Below are positions 12,379-26,266 of a stretch of DNA of 64,000 bases, piece after piece. The stretch covers positions 32,984,001 through 33,048,000 of the forward strand of contig CM120642.1 in the NCBI GenBank assembly GCA_051362555.1, in the 5' to 3' direction. Source of the DNA: Lingula anatina. Taxonomy: Eukaryota > Animalia > Brachiopoda. The translations under genes and the position numbers were made by a program. The notes below the pieces were generated by a model. It ran no database searches. It saw nothing but the letters and a program-made list of their open reading frames with translations, and was not told the origin of the DNA. Position 1 is the stretch's first letter; each line of letters opens with the position of its first letter.

Positions 12379-13084
12379 ACTGCTTGTACATTGCTCGCAC
12401 AGGTGACTTGCCACATATGTGAATCTTAATCCAATTTTCAAGATAAAGTCATTATATCACAGTCATAATAATTACTAGTTTGCGAAGCGTAATTGTACAG
12501 CGAAATGATTTTCATATATAGACTTTTAACCCATTTTAACTTAAAAGTTTTAAAAGGGCCGTGGATCTAGTAGGCCTATTACAAAACTGCTTAGTCTCAC
12601 TTGAATTGCTTTGCATGGCAATGTTTCCTCGATTACGCGTTTTTAGTTTTGTATTATTCATAAGATGATTTTTCATACAAGAATGCAAGGTTATAGGAAG
12701 ATAAGCGTTACAAAGACAGAAAGAGGAAAGCAGAAACAGGGCACGAGTGCCCAAGACTTACACTGTACACACAATGGACAATAGAAGTTTCACCTCCTGA
12801 TTCAGAGTATTCAAATAATAATCAAGTAATCAATAATCAAAGTTGGCAGATCTTGAGTAGTTATAATGCCTGGTTTACATTTGTGTGTGTGTGTGTGTGT
12901 GTGATATTTGATGTTAATTAAATGATACCAGGAGCATATCATTCCACAGTCATTTATCTCCCCCAAGTATTGGTTCAGTAGGGGTGACACTTCATCCTGT
13001 GAGTACATTACTGACATGAACACGAGAGCGTATCCCATTGAATTAATGTCTTTCGTTTTTTAGGGAGATCACACGTGAACTTAC

Positions 13085-13133
13085 CTGCGTTTTTCGACAC
13101 TTTTTCCTTCAGGCCCTGCCGTCTGATATACAT
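13085..13133 (-). CDS. Candidate upstream exon of the double-knottin precursor (..VYQTAGPEGKSVEKR/S)
   Basis: tttttag acceptor and CAG|GTAAGT donor. Read phase 1 to phase 2 it ends in a dibasic KR and matches the phase of the 8483 exon. Confidence 0.45.
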
Positions 13134-13479
13134 CTAAAAAACAAAAAAATCCTAATGAACTGCAAATGGTTGACAAAAATCTCATTGTACATTTTCTACA
13201 AAAAAATTGAAACTATTTTGCGTCACAATAGCTGCATACCTAGATGTGTTTAAAAAACGAAACAATTAAGTCAACGGCTTTTTTTTTTGCCCATCTCCGT
13301 TTTTTTGTGAACATTTTCATGGAATGCTGCTTCTTCCCATTCGGCCTTACATGTTCTATTTCATTAAGCACCTTATGTCTTATATCCGTTAAATATTCAT
13401 ACAGGAATATTTAAATAATAGATTACTTTGACGTTTACGATGTGTAATGTCGAGCTACTGGTGTTGTTCTTTTTCCTTT

Positions 13480-13528
<49 letters not shown>

Positions 13529-13924
13529 GTAAGATAATAAAGCAAATGTTTCATTAGTTTGTACTCTTTTCGATAAATTTTGTTTGTCTGTTTATTCGTT
13601 TGTACTTTCTAATAAATGTTGTTTCTGCTAAAGTAACATCTGAGCTTGCGTAAACACAATGGATGTTACATGTAGTTTTCATATCACATGCATAAAAGTC
13701 CCCATGCGTAAGATCATCATCATCATCATTTAGAACATATAGTGTTCATCTGATGGACAAACGCCTCCTAATGCTTCTTCCAGTGGGAAGATATAATTAC
13801 TGTATTTGCCAAACACACGGATTATTTCAGCTGCCTGGTTTTAAAAATGGTTCACATCTTCAGATCGAGCGTTTGTATTAAACAGCCCGACAGCTTTCCA
13901 CTCTGCCCATTGCTTGGAGCTTAA

Positions 13925-14249
13925 AGGGATAACAACTCTTCGCATGAGATCCATATTTCATAAAATACATTGTACACAACTCATAGAAATATAATGTATT
14001 CTATTTTACCACAAAAACGGCAGTTATAGCAATTAATCTCAAATCTATGCTTGTCATCAGACCACATGACCTCCATAGATGGCTATAGTCAGTAAAAATC
14101 TATTACAAAAAAAACAACAATTTCTTGAGAAAAAAACAGGGACTAACTTTGAATGTAGAAATGGATTCATTTACCATTGGTAAGTATGAAAAATTACCGT
14201 TTACCCTAGGAAATTTCATTTTTGGCCAAAATGAACACTTGTTATCCCT
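13925..14249. mobile_element. Short non-autonomous Kolobok-like element
   Basis: TIR AGGGATAACAA / TTGTTATCCCT with TTAA on both sides. Confidence 0.7.
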
Positions 14250-17200
14250 TTAACTTGACCGAGGCACGTGACATCAAACGCTGGTGGAACCCTGACAATA
14301 ACTGTAACTTGTTGTACATCTAGGGGACGGCCCGGGGTGATACTTATATTCTATCTGTTCCTGTCATGACATTTTAAAATAGCACAAAACACACATAACT
14401 TTGAGATTAATATTTCATGTGTTTATTTGGTTTAGCAGTCACCCGGCTCTCTGCTCCGACGCCTACGTTATTTGATACATCACGCTACATTACCTGAGCG
14501 GATATACTCAGGAGAATTGCTATATTTAATAGCCAAAGTACATCGTCAGGGGTTTTTTTTTAATAAACAATATTCTTCAGCACTTTCCCGTATCAAGAGC
14601 ACCGAATACATGTAACAGAGAAGTGAAATGTGTTGGGAAATCAATATATGAATCGTCCTTGAGCATTTGTAATCGTATTTCTCAATCTAATAAAAAATGC
14701 AAATTTTCTAATTTCTTCCAAAGAATTCTATCTTGCAGTGGTATGCAATAAACCGGACGACGGCCGTAGCTTGAGGTCTTCACCTGTGAGGATTCGGTGG
14801 TACGCGGAAGAGCTACCTGCACCACTGCTCTCCGCATCTGTTCACTTTTAGCAACAGCTTCCTAGAAGGCTCCTTCCTTATTGCCTCACTGACGGTATAT
14901 ATATGATCAGATAAGTTCTTTTCTCATCAACCAAATCAAAATTTGTGTGATTGAATAAATCTATTAATGGACGAATCGATGAACGGATGGGTGGATGAGT
15001 TTCTTTCGGATAGTGATATCTGACACATCTTCTTTCAATTACCGACACATAAAAGTATTTTGACTTATTTACAGTGAAGTCTATATTGTTGGGTTATATA
15101 GTTCTAATACGACGTGGTATCAAAGATACATATCAGAAAGCATGCCTCAAATATGTCTTCTATTTCTGATTAAGCTGTATTCCGGGCGTCTCTTGTTCTC
15201 CGTGGTGCACTGACAGATCAATTGATATTAATTAACAGTCACGTTCGCCTCGCATGTCTTATGGCGGGAACACGGATTGCGTGTTTAACGAGAGGCTATT
15301 TTTGATTTTTGACCAGAGAAGAGGCAGGCAGCGGTACCATCAGCTGCCACCAGCTGCCTATGTCAAAACAAGATAATAGTCTGGAAAATTCCAGAGGCAA
15401 AAATCCAAAGATCTCAACATACCCAAAACCTTGCACTGAAAACTGATTTGAGGGCAAACAAAATACATGTTTGACCAGGCAACGATGAGATTTCTTGTAT
15501 CCGTAATTAATGTTCAGTTATATCCATTTGCCGTAATAATAGGCCTTATCTGAGAACAGCTTCGGAAATACAGACTCCTCCAACTGTACTGGTAGACCTG
15601 CCATTGAGAGACTTAACTTTCCTTCGCACGCGTCTCTGTCGTTTGGCTTCTTTTCAAAGATACTTGTGGTTTCCACGCGAAAGGAACGCAAAGTTATTTT
15701 CGTATAAATGGTTGATGAGGGAAATCGCTTAAAATGAGGCAATGGTTATAGCTTGACTGAACTCACATTTTCTTTACATGGGGGATTTGCCATTTTTCAG
15801 TGTTTCCAAAAATAAAAAAAGGTGAAAATCTGGTGAAACCAGACTTCCAGACTTTCGTAGACGTGTAATGTTTAAAATATCCTAACTTGCGTTCAGATCG
15901 CATGAGACCCCCGGTTTCTTTGTAATTGTACCATTTATATATACGTACTTTAGACTGGTGTTCGGTCTCAAATAGTTTTGATGTGAACGCAGCAGAAGAC
16001 ATACCTTTAGGTCACACCCAGGAACGGCGCCATGCAACTGTCAGGTAGGCGAAGGTAGAGCACTCCTTCCTACACGTGATAGTGTGAGAATCCATCCGTT
16101 ATTGTACTGTGCGTTCAGACATCAACCACACCTCGACCGGTGTAACATGACAGAGAGTCCCCCATGATGGAGAGTCCGCTTCCCATTCATTTGTACAGGT
16201 GACTTGCGCCCAGGGATTTTGACCCACTGAGGTCAAACTAACCCTAACCATTATAAGTAAATAGAGGGCGGGCTTTCTGTTACACGGACCCTCATTTTCG
16301 TTACACCTGTTCAGGGCTAGACTATGCCTCTGGGCAAACCAATTGAAGTATACTTTTAAGTAATCATCAAAATACAGTCAGTCCACACGGGAGACTTTGG
16401 CAGAACCCCTTCCAAGTAGTTTCATATGCCGCTTATCGACCCGGCCTACTGCCTCAGGGGACGTGCAAGGAATAACGAAATGCAACAATTAGTTCTGTTA
16501 ATTTGGTCATCCAGTGACGCGTCGAAGACCTTAAAGCGGTTTGGATTGATAGCTGCGTCTAAACACGCGCCAATGGACAACCAATTCTGAAAAAAATTCT
16601 CTGAATGGCACCAAAAGTTTCTTCTGGAAGTGGAATTGGCAGGTGGGTGAAGTGCCAAAACTAATTCGTCAGGCGTATTTTACGTGCATAAACAGAACCT
16701 TGGGTTAGCGTTCCACATTCCCTCATATAACGCGTCTGTTCCGCGTTCTGGTCGTTCCTACAGGTGGGCAACTCGGTGGTTACTCTGAATGAATGGCTGC
16801 TTTGACTCCTTGAAATCTTTATCACTTTTTTATTGCGAAACGTTTATGTAACTGTATTGCTGGGATTATATAACCGAAAACATAGTAGTTAATATAAACC
16901 TTGTTTGGCCAACAGAAGTGGTGGGGTAGAAACAAAAATCTGGACGATGAACATAAGTTTTTAAGGTACAGTTTCTTAAATATTCAGACCCACGACTCTC
17001 CGCTAAAACATTGATAACGTATATTGCGTTCAGTTATTTCTGTGTGTCTGGAAAGCGAGGAATTTTTTGAAAATCTTTCGGCTGTGATGCCGTGATTTAT
17101 TCATCAGCGGAGGAATTTTCGCTCCGTGAATTGTTTAAAGACAGCAAAAAGGGAATGTTCACGTGTCATCTTTTTAGTAAAAGATAGAGGTATAATCGTT

Positions 17201-19680
17201 CAGCGTTCCTTGGACTCGCTGACCCCTGTGTTTACTATTGTGTACAAACAGGCAAAAATAAAAAATAGCTTTCTGTATGCGACGTCGCTAATAATTTCCT
17301 TAGTTATTGAGAAGTTTTACACTGCTTAGGAATAGAAAGTGATTAAATGTGTTCATGTCAGCAGCATATGGAGGAAAGCACGATGGTGCTAAGAAGTGGT
17401 TGACCTTGTTCACAGCATTCTTGTACCATTTTCTAGAGTTTTCATTTCTACCTGTTTTATTACTATTATTATCGTTATTATTACCAAAAATATTTTGTTA
17501 CTGGATGCCATGGTAACCATTTCAACCTTGAGACATTCATTCAGAACTGCCTGAAACACTTTAAGTGACATTTTTTTTTTTCATTTGCGTCATATAGATT
17601 ACAAGCCCCGATACCACGAGATTAGATTTCTTTGCGCCTCTTTCTTAATAATAGATCTGCATCATTCCATCCAAAAATATTAGATACATCGCTTGTTTGC
17701 GTCATTCTTTCTAACTTGCAAGCAAGCAAGCATAGTAAATGAGAAAAAATCTAAAAAAATGGTTAACTATGAAGTAAAATTCTCACCTTTGAATGAAATG
17801 TTTCCATCTGCAAGGTCGTGTGATAAAAGCAGCACAATGAAAAACAAAGCACTTTCGACTGCGTTCAGGATCCTTAGCTGTCTAAAGTGACCCCGGAATT
17901 GGTAAGTCATCGTTCGTTAAATTCAACAGTGCCCGCGTCCTCAAACCAAATAAATCAACTCACTTCAAGTGCACTGAATGCTCAGCGTTGAGAGTGCTTC
18001 CTGCGTAGGAGTGGTTGGGTTCAGTAAAAAGCTAGTACAAGAAACACGGCTTTCAAGCCAATCCACGTCTTGCAGTAACCTTCGAAGTTCCTCTTTAACT
18101 GTCAATCAACACCTCAAAATAGAAAACTATTTCTAACTTTTCCCGGCATACACGCGTCGGCCGCAAAGGCAGCAATACCAAATCAAAGGTGAAAAATGTC
18201 GCGTGTTTCACTACGTCCCCGGTTGGGTCTGTTTTCACTTCTGGATATATTTCACCAATATTACCAGAAACTAATGTTAATTTCCCTGAATATTTGTTCT
18301 ATACAACGACAAAAAAATGAATCTTCACGCCGTCATGTCGTTCCACCTTTGTTGCTATAGGATATATTGTCGGCACTTAACAAGCTCTTAATGGCGATTA
18401 AACGCGTAGAATCGCAAGCTGCTTCCACTACAGTATCATCCACTATGGTTCATCTATCAGAGTTTTATAGCGAAAACTCGCGTGACCAATTCCTCGAAAT
18501 GCCTGAGCCGCTTCTACATGATAAATAATTCAGCGACCGCTACGCACTAAGCGCGAGTCACTGGGTTTATCCCGCCTTGTGAGCGTATGGCAGCTGCCAA
18601 TGGAGCCTTAATGGTGTTTTACCTTTATGACGGTCAACAAAATCTAATATTTAGTAAACATTGGTCTATTTACCGGAAATGCCCACATCCACGTCAAAAC
18701 GTGTGTATATCATTTTGTTTTTAAACTAACTTCGCTTTAAAAAGGACACAAAAGGCGTTCTTATTTTCATTTTTTTTATAATTATGATGATATTGACTAA
18801 TTTCTTTTAATTAATGCTGGCATGCAACACAATGGCCGCTGTCACAACAGATGATCCGCTCACTAACTAGCCCGCGGATCAAATATGGCCGACCCCACTT
18901 GAAAACAAAGCCAAATGATCCTCTAATGGTCTCCCCGGCTGCCACACGCGCCAGGGGCCTAGTAATTAAATTTCGGAGCCGTTTCATTTAGCTTTCTGGT
19001 TGCCGCCAATAGAGAGAAAAGGGCAAGCAAGATGCTTGATTGTTGATGTTGATCGAAAAGAGACGGAGCCATTCAGAGCTTTTAAATAGTCTAAGAAATA
19101 CGTTGTTATTACAAAATTCGTTATTTAGGTCGGTTAAATCCTTGAAATTAAATAATTTTTAATTTCAGTTATTTTGTTCCCTGAATTTCGGAAAAAATCG
19201 GGTTTTTTTGTAAAGAGGAGGGCGTAATTTTTAAGAACTTCTGGGATGAAAACGAACAGGCCCCCTTTCCTTCATAATAGACCTTTTGCAGCTTGAAGTT
19301 GACTTTTTTGTTTACTGATCATGAAGAGTTGGTGGTAAGCAAAAGAATGCTGGAGAGCAAGTTCTTCAATAAACAAAAGAAATCACCATCTAGTCATCTA
19401 GCTGCAAATGGCCTATTCTACGGTACCCGTGTAGAGCACTGTTCACAACACATACATCATCATATTCGACTTTTCCCCAAGGGTTGACGGGAAGCACTGA
19501 AAACTGGGAGAAGATCCCTGATATTGTCACCGCACGCGTGGCAGTGTTTCTGTAGTACATACACCAGGGCGCTACATCACTGTCAGAGAGCTGTGGTCGA
19601 CTAAGTTGGATGTTTGACAAGATCTGTGATTAACTTTGTTACTTGAAGAACCACTCATTTTATTTTATTTTCTTCTGGCA

Positions 19681-19786
<106 letters not shown>

Positions 19787-21710
19787 ATACTCTCAGTCTG
19801 AAATTCTGAAGAGTAATACTGACTTCCGGTCGTCTTTTATCGAACACAACTTGAAAACAACCAAAGACACTCCCGGGCTTGCAAAAAACGCACAGCGTTT
19901 CCCCTAAGGAAATATTACTATCATCAATAGATAATGTATTTATTATGTTTAAATGTTGTAATAAGCATCTTCCTGTGACAATTGGGATAAGCCTTGGAGC
20001 TTTGCCAGAAAAGAAATTAATCCAGTCACCAGAAAAAAATGAAAGTTCGTTATTTGCGTGGAACTCGATTGTTTTTATATGGAAAGAAAAAAATATAATA
20101 ATCTAATTTAATCATCTGGAACGAATTACATCAATTATTCCGCCAGTTCCGAGACGGTGTAAGTTTTTGGAATATGAGAATGATGAAATTATATTGACAT
20201 TGCTCATAAATTGTCGAAACATTAATATTAATAGCCATGAGATATTGTTAAATATTTTAGGTTACCATCCTCGATAAGTGAAAATATTATGCCTCACTGT
20301 GTACACAACTTTCTAAGTTCAGTAAATGTATTTGGTACGAAGTTTTGTCAAAGACACTCAGGTGAGAAAAAACAGGGGTGTAAGCTTCTTTTCATTGATG
20401 AAATAACACTGCACCAACACACAATGTTAGATAGGCGGTGAATGCTTGATCAGAAAAAAAGGGATATTATGTATTTATATAATTAATTATTTATTTTTAT
20501 TTTATTTTATTTTATTTTATTTTAATTTATTTTTTATTTATTTATTTATTTATTTATTATTATTATTTTTTTTTTTTGAGGGGTAATCTGACGTCATCAG
20601 TAGTATTTGTCTTTTCTTTTCCATGCCAGTGGAGATCCACCAATACACGGTTCTACGCACTTATCCACACGACGTAGCTCCTATGGTGCCTATTAACATG
20701 ATGTCCCAATACGCTATGACGTGGCAAGGTTGGTTGACGGGGCTGCGTCATTTTTAACGGGAAAATACCTCCACGCGATGAGTGAGCGTGATCAATCTAA
20801 TGGCGTCACATGTAACACACCTCTAAGCGTAAAACTATATATATCCTTTAATTTGGAACAATTTAGTTGAAGATACATCAGTGTAATAAAAAGATTAAAA
20901 GTAAATAGATTAACGCCATCTAGAATTCCCAAGGGAAGGAGCGGCTAATGGCTGTCGTAGAGAAGTCATTAATGTTCATTACTAGATATTTTAATTATGA
21001 ATACAACATCGAAATTTACTCTCACATTTCGAAGAAATCGATGAATTCCTTATTACTACTATTACGATTATATATATGTGTGTTTGCGTGAGTGAACACA
21101 CACACACACATTAATTTGTTAACAATTCATAGATAAATCTACAATATTTTCTAAGAACGCAGTCTTTATAGTGTCACAACTATTAAATAGAGGTATGCTT
21201 TTTCATTCTTTGTCCATTAATCTTAAGCGAAAATTACCGCATAGGTTGACAGGAATATTAAAGACTCTGATAAGCACGAAGATATTTGGAGTCACTGTTA
21301 TCGTTTGAGAAGTACGGTACGATTCTTCGAGAGTTGAACATCCTTCTCCTTAACACGAGCGGACGTATTGGTGGTGCTTTTTGGCGGTATCTGGTTCTTT
21401 AATTCTGTCAATGTTTTAGGTACATTAAAAATAGAACGCAGCTGTATTTTAGGTTGCATCATGACGAATAATGTGAAAAGTTCCCATATTTTCTTGCTGA
21501 AGGCCCGTCCCAATCTTCCGTTCAGCATCTATTGATAAGCTAACGTAGCACGGTGTTATGCCCCTATTTCACACAGACCACGAATCGCCAGGAATTGGCA
21601 AATTTCAGGATTCGTGGTTGAATCGTAATCAGTTCGTGATTGATCAAGAATTGCAAGAACTGACCACGAATATATACGAATCTGTCAAGAACTTCACGAA
21701 CTGATTACGA

Positions 21711-21712
<2 letters not shown>

Positions 21713-21752
<40 letters not shown>
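21713..21752. repeat. (TG)n microsatellite
   Basis: Direct observation. Confidence 0.95.
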
Positions 21753-21756
<4 letters not shown>

Positions 21757-22388
21757 GATAGAACTTTGTCTTGGGAATATTCTATCCTATTCTATTCTGC
21801 ATCACCATAGATGATACGATTGCAGCAGTTGTGCTCTGGCGGAGAACGGCATTGCGACTGGTATTCACGATTCCTCTCATGTAATTTGCTGATGTTTATT
21901 CAAATAAATATACACTTTCAAGCACCATATTTTTTGCATGCACTATTTTTTAATACACAACGATGTATAAATGTTGGTTTAAATACACTATATAACATAA
22001 AAAAAGCTAATGCATTTCATTTCCCTCTATAATCCTGGGGGAATTTGTCTGACAATTAAACCCACTTCTTTTAAGTACATTTATTGATGAAACCCGAAAT
22101 AATATTACATTTTTATCCAATTTATTTTTTGCACCATTTCTCATACTTCCTCCATTCACGATGTTATCTACACAGCTTTGTAACTTTTTTGAATGTTTTT
22201 ATGATACTAAATTCTACTGTAAAAGATGTGAAAAAAGAACACTTGATGGATGTTGAATAAAATCATGAACTTCATAATGATGATAATCAATAACAGCAGC
22301 ATGTGCCATATTTGGAATGTGCAGTTCAGATTTTGCATTTTTCCTTTAAAAAGGGGTGGGGAGACTTAATATTTTTTGCCATAGATTC

Positions 22389-22672
22389 CAGGGGCGGATC
22401 CAGGAATATTTGAAGGGGGGTCCACAGACACAAAGCTGACCCAACACCCCGCTGAAGGGCCCCGAAAAATCTTGGTATTTTAGAGGGTGAATAAAGCCAT
22501 TTGGTATGGTTTAGAACTATGAGTATGGTTTAGAACTATGATTCAACTTGTCAAAATTCTAATTCCAAGAGGGGAAAATTAATATGACTTTTTTTTCAAA
22601 GACTGAAGGGGGGGGGGGGGGGGGGGGCAGGACTCAGGACCCCCCTTAACCCCCCATCTAAATCAGCCACTG
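22389..22672. mobile_element. MITE family A copy just 3' of the VHL stop codon, 5-bp TSD GATTC
   Basis: caggggcggatccag ... aatcagccactg with gattc on both flanks. Confidence 0.85.
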
Positions 22673-22725
22673 GATTCCTCTAAGCACATACACACAGCCA
22701 CTACACATAAACATAATAACTAACA

Positions 22726-24926
22726 CTACAACTGTGGTTCTTGGTGATGATGATGGTGTTGATGATGTTGCTGTTGCTGCACTAAATGTTGTTGTATTTG
22801 CTGCTGCTGTTCATTCAATAATGCCTGTCTGTCTATCAAAGGAACAAAGTTGCTTCTGGTGTTTCTAATGTCTTGCTGTAATGATCTAGGTATTTCTAAA
22901 CTACTGATATCTTCATCTTTTACGTATCTTCTTATCAACTGGATGCACCTTTCCTTCAGGGGATAAACTGAAAAAAGAGAAAAATTCAAGATAATGCTTT
23001 GTCACAGGTCAAAATTTCTTTTTGGCACAAAGGTAGTAAGAGCACTTCTTATAATCTTAATAATCATCAAAACTATTAACACACACACACAAGTTTGCAT
23101 GGTTTAAAATAAGTGAGAGTACAGTTAAAGATATATATATTCAATAAAAGTATGACATAAATAGGGTTATAGTACTTATATATGAAGGTAAACAGATATA
23201 TATTTCATTTCTTAAGAGCAACTGAAATAGAAAGAGGTATCAGATTCCATTTATGGATCCAGCCTTTTGAATGGACCTTCATCCTCAACGTACCAAACCA
23301 AATAAATAATTGCATGTCACATTCAATCTTATCTCTTGAGCTATAGAGATATCTATACTGATGTACTCTCCCACTTACCTGGTATATCTATGAACTCTCC
23401 CACTTACCTGGCATGCCTATGAACTCTTCCACTTACCTCGTATGCCTATGAACTCTCCCACTTACCTGGTATGCCTATGAACTCTTCCACTTACCTGGCA
23501 TGCCTATGAACTCTCCCACTTACCTAGCATGCCTATGAACTCTTCCACTTACCTGGTATGCCTATGACCTCTCCCACTTACCTGGTATGCCTATGACCTC
23601 TCTCACTTACCTGGCATGCCTATGAACTCTCCCACTTACCTGGCATGCCTATGAACTCTTCCACTTACCTGGCATGCCTATGAACTCTTCCACTTACCTG
23701 GCATGCCTATGCACTCTTCCACTTACCTTGTATGCCTATGAACTCTCCCACTTACCTGGTATGCCTATGAACTCTTCCACTTACCTGGCATGCCTATGAA
23801 CTCTCCCACTTACCTGGCATGCCTATGAACTCTCCCACTTACCTGGCATGCCTATGAACTCTTCCACATACCTCGTATGCCTATGAACTCTCCCACTTAC
23901 CTGGTATGCCTATGAACTCTTCCACTTACCTGGCATGCCTATGAACTCTCCCACTTACCTGGCATGCCTATGAACTCTTCCACTTACCTGGTATGCCTAT
24001 GCACTCTCCAACTTACCTGGTATGCCTATGACCCCTCTCACTTACCTGGCATGCCTATGAACTCTCCCACTTACCTGGCATGCCTATGAACTCTTCCACT
24101 TACCTGGCATGCCTATGAACTCTTCCACTTACCTGGTTTGCCTATGAACTCTTCCACTTACCTGGCATGCCTACGAACTCTCCCACTTACCTGGCATGCC
24201 TATGCACTCTTCCACTTACCTGGTTTGCCTATGAACTCTTCCACTTACCTGGCATGCCTATGAACTCTCCCACTTACCTGGCATGCCTCTGCACTCTTCC
24301 ACTTACCTGGTATGCCTATGAACTCACTTACCTGGTATGCCTATGAACTCTTCCACTTACCTGGTATGCCTATGAACTCTTCCACTTACCTGGCATGCCT
24401 ATGAACTCTTCCACTTACCTGGCAAGCCTATGAACTCTCCCACTTACCTGGTATGCCTATGAACTCTCCCACTTACCTGACATGCCTATGGACTCTCCCA
24501 CTTACCTGGCATGCCTATGAACTCTCCCACTTACCTGGAAAGCCTATATAAACTATCCCACTTACCCGGTATAGTGATGCTGACCAGTCTCCTGGTAGGT
24601 GGCCATCCTTCCTCTATATTCCATCCCTCTGGTTCATAGACCGCCTCATGCTGCACTACCAGTCTGTCCCCAGAGACACTGTCTCGGAATATCCAGGGGT
24701 GGCCAACAAAAGTGTTAACGTCCACCCATTGTTCTGGACTCAGAGTCTTATAGCGGACTCTAGCACCTTCGTAATTCAGCCAAATTACATCTACATGACG
24801 GGCGGTTTTGTTAATGAATCTTACAAAGGCGTAGGTGCGGGAGGTTTGAGCTTTCAACAGCACTGGACGACTTTCATCTTCGTGGTTTCCAGAGGAAGCC
24901 CCGCCCGCTCCTTTTGGACCTGTCAT
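22726..24926 (-). CDS. VHL: von Hippel-Lindau tumour suppressor homologue, 2 coding exons (24926-24566, 22967-22726), 200 aa
   Basis: Beta-domain motifs FINKTARHVDVIWLNYEG and VNTFVGHPWIFRD. A phase-1 intron joins ITIP to VYPLKERCIQLIR (BC/VHL box) followed by LEIPRSL. Gln/His-rich tail. Confidence 0.93.
23358..24565 (-). repeat. 29-bp minisatellite, about 41 copies, each carrying a 5' splice site (GCATGCCAG|GTAAGTGGGAGAGTTCATAG), filling most of the VHL intron
   Basis: Plus-strand unit ctatgaactctcccacttacctggcatgc; the array is continuous with the real donor CCGG|GTAAGTGGGATAG at 24566/24565. Confidence 0.95.
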
Positions 24927-25303
24927 ATCTGATTGTGTGAGCTGTAAAGTTCTCTAAAATCTGTGGGCAATAAATATCCAACTTGTAAATCAGTAAAATA
25001 ACCCATATAATGGTTGGACAGTGAGTTCTTCTGGACAGACAATACTGTTATCTGGTGCTTGCTTCAAATTAAGATTATCATAGGTTTGGTGGGTTATGTA
25101 GATAAATGTCCCCAGTGTTGGAAATGATTCTTCTGCAGCATCTCTCCTTTCCATCAAAATCTACCCGTAAATATCCGATTGATGGGAACATAATACATCT
25201 GTAAAAGTATTATATTAGTTTGCACGTTAAACATTAATTAAATAATGAACAATATCTATTTATGGTATGTGTTGTCTCCAATTGAACCTTGTGCAGTAAC
25301 ATA

Positions 25304-25763
25304 CAGGGCGGATACAGGATTATTTGAAGGGGGGTCTGCAGATGAGAAGCCGACCCCCCCCCCCCCTTTTTGGTATTTTAGAGTGTATTCCCAGAGATTT
25401 AGATCGATCCAGATATTAAGATTTAGATCGACCATGGGGGTTCACGCTAAATTGCAGTCAGCCGAGCGCGCACCATAGTTAATTACCCCCTTGCAGCTTT
25501 CAGTAGGCGGGACAGACGCTTAAGCCGGCTAAGCTGACAGTAATCAAGTGAGACTCTCCAAAGGGATAGATCGATCTAAAATCTATGGAAATGGGGTCTT
25601 AGAGCCTAGAGGGCAAACGGTGCCATTTGGTACGGTTTAGAACTTTGAACAAGCTAGTCAAAATTCTCATTTAAAGAGGGAAACTTTGGTGTGATTTTTT
25701 CAGAAATCGAAGGGATGGGAGGGCCAGGAACCCCCTCACCCGCCCCCTCTAAATCCGCCACTG
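25304..25763. mobile_element. MITE family A copy interrupted by a nested family B MITE
   Basis: cagggcggatacagg ... aaatccgccactg; the host sequence ggtattttagaggg is split by the 25381-25598 insertion. Confidence 0.8.
25381..25598. mobile_element. MITE family B (palindromic, TAGATCGATCTA subterminal motif, TTA TSD; Tourist/PIF-Harbinger-like)
   Basis: About 215-bp hairpin-like element; further copies at 41883, 54238 and 62621, and degenerate relatives at 53333 and 59623. Confidence 0.85.
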
Positions 25764-26250
25764 ATATATTTGGTTGTATTATGTCCGAGGGTTGCTCAGT
25801 GTAAAGTAGTAGTACTGTAGTAACTACAATGTTTGTAATACGTGATGAACATCAGGCATGCGGATTTCTGGTAATTATGCTTATGCAACTTCCGTCTTGT
25901 GCAAATTGATAAGATCATTGCTCCAAGCAGTTCCATAAAACCCACCTTTTCATTAAAAAATTGCTCAAGCAGCACCGCGGACTCTGCAAACCAGATTTTA
26001 CGATCTCGGTGCCCTCTCACCCTGCCAAATTGTAAACATTCTTTGACCTGAGAGCGACACCTTGCGTGTCCTCACAGCAGCCAATCAGAGGTGAAAACAG
26101 TCCAAGATAATCTCACTGGTGACCAGTATCAGAACTTCAAAATCATATTTACCAATTCCACAAACATATGAAAAAATGTTTTAAGAAATAATACATTGTC
26201 TTTGAAGATTTGAAAGCTATGAGCAAGTTTTTTTTTCGCTCTCCATACGA

Positions 26251-26266
26251 TGCTGCCATCTATTGG
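26251..26266 (-). promoter_or_regulatory. CTCF-like motif (CCAATAGATGGCAGCA) in the divergent VHL/SelJ promoter region
   Basis: Close match to the CCASYAGRKGGCRS consensus; motif match only. Confidence 0.35.

Noticed and set aside
12536-12754. Signal-peptide-like ORF (TRALFLLSSFCLCNA) as the knottin start
   Set aside because: No ATG start, an in-frame stop immediately upstream, and it begins just inside a GTAAGT donor-like site.
14739-14894. Plus-strand exon-like segment as a coding exon
   Set aside because: Stops in all three frames; at most non-coding or terminal.
23358-24565. CRISPR-like array of 29-bp repeats
   Set aside because: Units are head-to-tail with no unique spacers, there are no cas genes, the context is a eukaryotic intron, and the unit derives from the VHL donor.
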